DNA of 32,000 bases from Alkalilimnicola ehrlichii MLHE-1 (lineage in GTDB: Bacteria > Pseudomonadota > Gammaproteobacteria > Nitrococcales > Halorhodospiraceae), in NCBI RefSeq assembly GCF_000014785.1, contig NC_008340.1, forward strand, positions 2,730,001 through 2,762,000, written 5' to 3'. The notes below the pieces were generated by a model. That model was not told the origin of the DNA. It ran no database searches and was given only the letters and a program-made list of their open reading frames with translations. Positions 27,207 through 32,000 of the stretch are shown here, piece after piece (positions within the stretch are counted from its first letter, which is position 1; each line of letters begins with the position of its first letter). The position numbers and the translations under genes were made by a program.

Positions 27207-27411
27207 GCGAGCCCCCTCCCCGCTGCGCGGGCCCGAATCAACGAGGAACGGGGTACCCCTGTCATCGCGAGGGCCGAAGGCCCGTGGCGATCCAGGGCGG
27301 TAGACTGCCGCGTCGGCTTCGCCTCCTCGCAGTGACGGTGGGGGTGGGGCCCCGCTCGCAGTGACGGTGGGGGCAACCTTCCGCTTCCGGCACAGTCCAG
27401 TTCTTCAAGAG
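27207..27411. repeat. Interspersed GC-rich repeat cluster 6, inside the molybdoenzyme operon
   Basis: GCGAGCCCCCTCCCCGCTGCGCGGGCCCGAATCAACGAGGAACGGGG...GCGAGGGCCGAAGGCCCGTGGCGATCCAGGGCGGTAGACTGCCGCGTCGGCTTCGCCTCCTCGCAGTGACGG... ending in CTTCCGGCACAGTCCAGTTCTTCAAGAG. Confidence 0.92.
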
Positions 27412-27423
27412 GAGAGAGCACGA

Positions 27424-29904
27424 ATGAATGTACTGCAGAATAAGCTCAACAGGAGACGATTCCTGCAGGCGTCCGGGGCCGCCGGTGCGGCGGGTGTGGC
27501 AGGCCTGAATGCGATCCCAGGTATATCGACGCTGGAGGCCAGCCCTGGGACCCGGGCGCGGGCCACGTCGGATACCGTCGTCACCAAGAGCGTCTGCCAG
27601 CAGTGCTCCACTCGCTGCGGGCTCGACGTCTATACGACCAACGGCCGGGTGCATGCCATCTACGGCAATCCAGACGCTCCGTTATCCAACGGCAAGCTCT
27701 GCCCCAAAGGCCACCTGGGCCCATACATCCTTTACGATGCCGACCGCTTCAAGGGGCCGATGAAGCGCACCAATCCCAAGAAGGGCCGCAACGAAGACCC
27801 GGGCTTCGTGCCGATCTCCTGGGACGAGGCCCTGGATACGGTCGCTGCCCGCTTGACGGCGCTGCGCGAGCGGAACGAGTCGCATCGCTTCGTTGTGGCG
27901 TACGGCCGCGGCTGGGGCCCCGCCGACGCCGGCCTGTTCGGCACCTGGGGCCGGTTGTACGGCTCCTCGAGCATCGGCATCGGCCATTCGAGCATCTGCG
28001 CCGATGGCTCCAAGAAGGTCAAGCGCGCCATGGACGGCAATGACTCATACAACTCCTACGACTACGAGAATTGCAATTGCCTGCTGATCTTCGGCGCCGG
28101 CTTCCTCGAGTCTTTCCGGCCTTACAATGCCAACATGCAGATGTGGGGCAGGATGCGCAGCAAGGGCACCCGCATCACCATGGTCGATGTGCGCAACTCT
28201 GTGACCGCCGCCGCTGCCGATCGCAAGCTGATCGTGTCTCCCGGCACTGACGGTGCGATCGCTTTGGCCATCGCCCACGTCATCCTCACCGAAGGCCTGT
28301 GGGACAGGCCCTTCGTTGGCGACTTCACCCGGTCCCGACTGCGATTCGAGACCGGCAAGCCGATCGATCCCGACACCTTCTCGGAAAACTGGGTGAAGGA
28401 CCTTCCGGCTTGGTGGAACACAACGCTGAAGGACGCCACTCCTGCCTGGGCCGAGGGCATCACCGGCGTGCCGGCGGAGAAGATCGTCGCCACGGCGAAG
28501 GAGTTCGGCAGCACCCGGCCGGCCATAGCGGTGTTCGAGCGCGGTCCCACGGCGCACACCAACGGCGCCTACAACGGCATGGCCATTCACGCCCTGAACG
28601 CGCTGGTCGGCTCAATGTTCGCCAAGGGTGGCCTGAGCTACCAGATGGGCTCGTCCGCCGGCAGCCTGCCGATCAACCCCGATGACTACATGGACGACTA
28701 CGCCCGTGAGATGGAGGGCAAATACCCGCGCATCGATATGGCGCGGACCGACGCCTGGCCGATGACCTCCAACATGATCCAGGACATCGCCAAGAACCAT
28801 CTGACCGGCTCACCGTACAAGATGGACACGATCATGTTCTATACGGTGGGTCCGATCTATTCCGGCCCCGACTGCACGGTGTGGGAAGAGGCACTCCAGG
28901 ACGTGTTCGTGATCGACACCTCGCCCTCGCCGCAGGAGAGTGCGCAGTTCGCCGACCTGATCCTGCCCGATCACACCTACCTGGAACGACTCGAAGTCGC
29001 CAACACTTACCCGTTCCAGGGCTATCCGATGTCGATGATCCGCGAGCCGGCGGTAAAACCGCTTTACGACACGATGCAGTTCGGCAACATCATGATCGAA
29101 CTTGGCAAGCGGATGCCCGGCCCGATGGCCGATTACTACCAGCAGGTGGGCAGTGTCGAGAACGTGGTGGCCGCATTCGCCGCGGGCTTTGAAAACGACC
29201 CCGGCGATAACGGCGTTAATGACCTGGCCAGCTTCAAAGAGAAGGGTGTCTGGTACAAGACCCCCTATTTGTGGCGCCAAATCGACGGCGAGTTCTACGA
29301 ATGGGACGGCCACCGCTACAGCATTCGGATGAGCGAGGACGATGTTAAGGCGAAACTGCTGAAGACCCCATCCGGGAAGTTCGAGTTCCAGCCCGCTTGG
29401 TTCACCAACGAGAAACACGCCGCGCATATCCAGAAACATCTCGGTATTCCGCGCGATATGATCGGCTTCCCCCATTACGTCGAACCGCAATACCAGGGCG
29501 GCGGCGACCTGCACCTGATCAGCCCGAAGCTACCGCTCTCCGCTGAGGGGCGCTCCGCCAACCTGCCGCATACCCACGCGGTATGGCAACCCACGCAGGG
29601 TGGCACCGACACGGTGTACATGGAGATTCACCCACAGGCCGCCGCCGCCCGCGGCATCAAGGACCGCGACCGGGTCCGGATAAGCTCCTCGGTGGGCGCC
29701 ATCGAGTGCTTCGCCAGCGTCTCTGGCGGGGTGCCGAAGGACACGGTAGTGCTGCCGCTGGCCCACGGCCACTGGGGCTCCGGCCGTTGGGCCCAGAACA
29801 AGGGGGTTTCCGGCAGTGTCAACGAAGTCATTCCCAACGTCGTCGAGCCGGTTTCCGGGCTCGTGGCCTTCAGCGCCGCCAAGGTCTTCGTTGAGAAGGT
29901 TTGA
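27424..29904 (+). CDS. Periplasmic molybdopterin oxidoreductase catalytic subunit, DMSO reductase superfamily, Phs/Psr/Arr/Arx-like; substrate unresolved
   Basis: TAT motif NRRRFLQASG; CxxCxxxCx27C cluster motif (CQQCSTRCGLDVYTTNGRVHAIYGNPDAPLSNGKLC); GRGWG motif; likely Mo-ligand Cys in IGHSSICADG; C-terminal MopB domain (VYMEIHPQAAAARGIKDRDRVRISSSVG). Confidence 0.88.
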   Translation: MNVLQNKLNRRRFLQASGAAGAAGVAGLNAIPGISTLEASPGTRARATSDTVVTKSVCQQCSTRCGLDVYTTNGRVHAIYGNPDAPLSNGKLCPKGHLGPYILYDADRFKGPMKRTNPKKGRNEDPGFVPISWDEALDTVAARLTALRERNESHRFVVAYGRGWGPADAGLFGTWGRLYGSSSIGIGHSSICADGSKKVKRAMDGNDSYNSYDYENCNCLLIFGAGFLESFRPYNANMQMWGRMRSKGTRITMVDVRNSVTAAAADRKLIVSPGTDGAIALAIAHVILTEGLWDRPFVGDFTRSRLRFETGKPIDPDTFSENWVKDLPAWWNTTLKDATPAWAEGITGVPAEKIVATAKEFGSTRPAIAVFERGPTAHTNGAYNGMAIHALNALVGSMFAKGGLSYQMGSSAGSLPINPDDYMDDYAREMEGKYPRIDMARTDAWPMTSNMIQDIAKNHLTGSPYKMDTIMFYTVGPIYSGPDCTVWEEALQDVFVIDTSPSPQESAQFADLILPDHTYLERLEVANTYPFQGYPMSMIREPAVKPLYDTMQFGNIMIELGKRMPGPMADYYQQVGSVENVVAAFAAGFENDPGDNGVNDLASFKEKGVWYKTPYLWRQIDGEFYEWDGHRYSIRMSEDDVKAKLLKTPSGKFEFQPAWFTNEKHAAHIQKHLGIPRDMIGFPHYVEPQYQGGGDLHLISPKLPLSAEGRSANLPHTHAVWQPTQGGTDTVYMEIHPQAAAARGIKDRDRVRISSSVGAIECFASVSGGVPKDTVVLPLAHGHWGSGRWAQNKGVSGSVNEVIPNVVEPVSGLVAFSAAKVFVEKV

Positions 29905-29928
29905 TCGAATTAGCAGGAGTAAATTGCG

Positions 29929-30675
29929 ATGACTAAGTGGGGCATGGTTATAGACTTGGAGAAATGCACCGGCTGCCAGGCCTGCACGATCGCCTGTGGC
30001 ATGGAGAACAACCTTCTGCCGGGCGAGCACTGGCAGGACGTTCTCTATTACTCGGAAGGCCAACTACCGGACCACGAATTGAAGTGGCTGCCGAGGCCCT
30101 GCATGCAATGTGAAGATGCCACCTGCGTCACGGTCTGCCCGACGGGGGCAACCTATAAGGATGCGGAGGCGGGCGGCGTGGTTTTCATCGACTGGGACCG
30201 CTGCATCGGCTGCAAATATTGCATCGTGGCCTGCCCCTATGGTGTGCGCTTCTCCACGGCCGAGCTCAAAACGCAGTCGCCGGACATGCGCGAGGTCTTT
30301 CCCAGCGGCGACGGCCACACCTGGAATCCGCCCTGGAGGGCGCCGGATTCCCGGGACAACCCCAAACGCGGGATCGGCATCCCGCCGAAGAATGTGGTGA
30401 GCAAGTGCACCTTTTGTCATCACCGCACCTCCACCGCCCCCGCCGACACGGCGGATCTCGATCCGAGCAACCCGGACCTGCGCGAGCATACGCCGGCCTG
30501 TGTGGTGACCTGCGCCCCCGGGGCCCGTTACTTTGGCGACCTCAACAACCCGAACAGCCAGGTGTCCAAGCTCATCGCAGAGCACAACGGGCAACCGGTG
30601 CTGAGTCACCTGAAGAACAAGCCGCAGGTGTATTACCTCGGCCGCAAGCGCGCTTCGCCGTCCCGGAGCAGTTGA
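29929..30675 (+). CDS. 4x[4Fe-4S] ferredoxin-like electron-transfer subunit of the molybdoenzyme
   Basis: CTGCQACTIAC, CMQCEDATCVTVCP, CIGCKYCIVACP and CTFCHH...CVVTC; SD AGGAG; no signal peptide, consistent with co-export with the TAT subunit. Confidence 0.92.
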   Translation: MTKWGMVIDLEKCTGCQACTIACGMENNLLPGEHWQDVLYYSEGQLPDHELKWLPRPCMQCEDATCVTVCPTGATYKDAEAGGVVFIDWDRCIGCKYCIVACPYGVRFSTAELKTQSPDMREVFPSGDGHTWNPPWRAPDSRDNPKRGIGIPPKNVVSKCTFCHHRTSTAPADTADLDPSNPDLREHTPACVVTCAPGARYFGDLNNPNSQVSKLIAEHNGQPVLSHLKNKPQVYYLGRKRASPSRSS

Positions 30676-30676
30676 G

Positions 30677-31510
30677 GTGGGGGTGGATGATACGTCGGGC
30701 CTGTCGTTGCAGGGCGAACTGCTCGCCTGCCTTGGGCAGGCGATGCAACCTCCGCGCTCGGATGCGTTCTTCAACGCGTTGCGGGATGGGTTGGTGGACG
30801 ATATCGCCGACCTATGCGGGGCACTCGGGGCGGAGTCCGTAGCCGCCGATCTGCCACCGTTGCGTTGCGCGTTGGGCGAGGTGGAGGATCGGGAGTCGTT
30901 GCTATTGGCCTACAGCGTGTTGTTTCTCGCGCCCCCGCCCAAGGTGCGCCTCAACCTGGTCCGATTGATGGATGGGGCTTCCAGTGGTGCCGGTCTCGGC
31001 TACCTGGACGAAATGCTGGCCAGGCACCAGCTCAACCTCCGCTCCGAACACCGGGAACTGCCGGATCACCTCACGGTGGTTCTGGAGTTGGCCGCCTGCC
31101 TGATCAGCCGGGGTGAGCAAGGCAATGACCAGGCAGAACGAGACGCCAAGGCCTTGCTGCAACAAATGGTGGCACCGGCAGCCCGACACCTTGCCGAAAC
31201 GGCGGCCGACGTGGAGCAGGCACATGGCCTGCCCAAGGTCTACTCACGGCTGCTGGCGCTGATCGGCACGACCGGCCAGGACCCGGATGGCTGTCTGCTT
31301 CCCGGCACCCGTTCGGTTGCCGGGGAGGCCACCGGTGCGAGCAAATCCGCGCCGGACACCGGCCCAGCCATGGCCGCCTGCGCGCGCTGCGGGACACCTT
31401 TCGTGAGCCTGCGCGACCAGGCGGTGCTGATCGCGCATTTACAGGAGGCGGGAGCGCCGGCCGATCATCTGCACGTCTGTCCCGACTGCCGCACGGGGCC
31501 CGGCGGCTGA
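30677..31510 (+). CDS. TorD/DmsD-like molybdoenzyme chaperone with C-terminal double-CxxC motif
   Basis: GTG start 2 nt after the upstream TGA; all-helical TorD-like region (ESLLLAYSVLFLAPPPKVRLNLVRLMDG ... YLDEMLARHQL ... LPDHLTVVLELAACLI), then CARCGTPF...HLHVCPDC. Confidence 0.7.
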   Translation: MGVDDTSGLSLQGELLACLGQAMQPPRSDAFFNALRDGLVDDIADLCGALGAESVAADLPPLRCALGEVEDRESLLLAYSVLFLAPPPKVRLNLVRLMDGASSGAGLGYLDEMLARHQLNLRSEHRELPDHLTVVLELAACLISRGEQGNDQAERDAKALLQQMVAPAARHLAETAADVEQAHGLPKVYSRLLALIGTTGQDPDGCLLPGTRSVAGEATGASKSAPDTGPAMAACARCGTPFVSLRDQAVLIAHLQEAGAPADHLHVCPDCRTGPGG

Positions 31511-31583
31511 GGGCTTGGCGCGGTGCAGGGCGACACCCCTGGATGCTTCCAGGGAGGCTTCCAGCCCCGGCCAGGGGTGCGGG

Positions 31584-32000
31584 TCACCGGGACTCCACCG
31601 GCAGGCAGCCCTGTGCGGCCAGGCGCAGGCAGGCGTCCACCACCTCCGGGTCGTAGAGCCTGCCGCGCTTGGCGCGCAGTTCGTCCAGCGCCGCGGCCAG
31701 CCCCAGGGCGGGCCGGTAGGGGCGGTGGGAGGAGATGGCCTCGACCACGTCGGCTACGGCCAGAATGCGTGCTTCCAGCAGGATGGCCTCCCCCCGCAGG
31801 CCGTCCGGGTAACCGGAGCCGTCCAGCCGCTCGTGGTGTTGGCGAATGATCTCCGCCACCGGCCAGGGGAACTCGATCCCCTTGATGATCTCGTAGCCGA
31901 CGGCCGGATGGGTCTTGATCATCTCGAACTCGAGGTCACTCAGCCGCCCCGGGCGCGAGAGGATCTCCACGGGGATGGCGACCTTGCCGATGTCGTGGAT
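31584..32000 (-). CDS. HD-GYP domain protein (partial at window edge)
   Basis: IHDIGKVAIPVEILSRPGRLSDLEFEMIKTHPAVGYEIIKGIEFPWPVAEIIRQHHERLDGSGYPDGLRGEAILLEARILAVADVVEAISSHRPYRPALG. Confidence 0.93.
   Translation of the reverse strand: MHDIGKVAIPVEILSRPGRLSDLEFEMIKTHPAVGYEIIKGIEFPWPVAEIIRQHHERLDGSGYPDGLRGEAILLEARILAVADVVEAISSHRPYRPALGLAAALDELRAKRGRLYDPEVVDACLRLAAQGCLPVESR

Noticed and set aside
27424-29904. Annotation as formate dehydrogenase major subunit, suggested by the FdnI-like cytochrome and four-cluster FeS neighbour
   Set aside because: The catalytic subunit lacks the FDH-type active-site context and has no selenocysteine TGA; its CxxCxxxCx27C and HSSIC context fit the Phs/Psr/Arr/Arx group better.
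27424-29904. Firm assignment as arxA (arsenite oxidase)
   Set aside because: The GRGWG motif is suggestive, but the expected NrfD-type anchor gene and second FeS gene are missing and no arsenic resistance or arx regulatory genes are in the window; a tree is needed before using this name.
31537-31554. Hairpin CCCTGG-ATGCTT-CCAGGG between the chaperone and HD-GYP genes as an intrinsic terminator
   Set aside because: Only a 6-bp stem with no T-tract; too weak to report as a terminator feature.

Overview
High-GC gammaproteobacterial chromosomal segment; gene content and style resemble alkaliphilic/halophilic Ectothiorhodospiraceae such as Alkalilimnicola or Halorhodospira, but this is inference and no search was run. 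Most genes are ordinary chromosomal genes: gspD/gspC, a BamD-like lipoprotein, an alpha/beta hydrolase, a LuxR-type regulator, ybbP-ybbA/tesA, rdgC, TspO/MBR, class I fumarase, a DUF2189-like membrane protein, an HDOD protein, a SlyD-like PPIase, a STAS protein, dodecin, an isochorismatase-like hydrolase, two Slp lipoproteins, carbonic anhydrase, ParA-like, CHAD, ABC-F, and an HD-GYP protein running off the end. Two parts deserve a closer look. (1) At 25.87-31.51 kb is a four-gene membrane-bound molybdoenzyme operon: an FdnI-type cytochrome b, a TAT-exported catalytic subunit of the Phs/Psr/Arr/Arx type, a four-cluster ferredoxin-like subunit, and a TorD-like chaperone with a C-terminal double-CxxC tail. 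It is preceded by a strong sigma-54 promoter candidate and two related palindromes spaced exactly 42 bp. (2) A GC-rich interspersed repeat family forms six intergenic clusters. It has inverted-pair architecture, covarying mini-hairpins, an exact 140-bp tandem duplication, and one copy placed inside the molybdoenzyme operon that ends at the catalytic gene's ribosome-binding site. The substrate of the molybdoenzyme cannot be determined from sequence reading alone.
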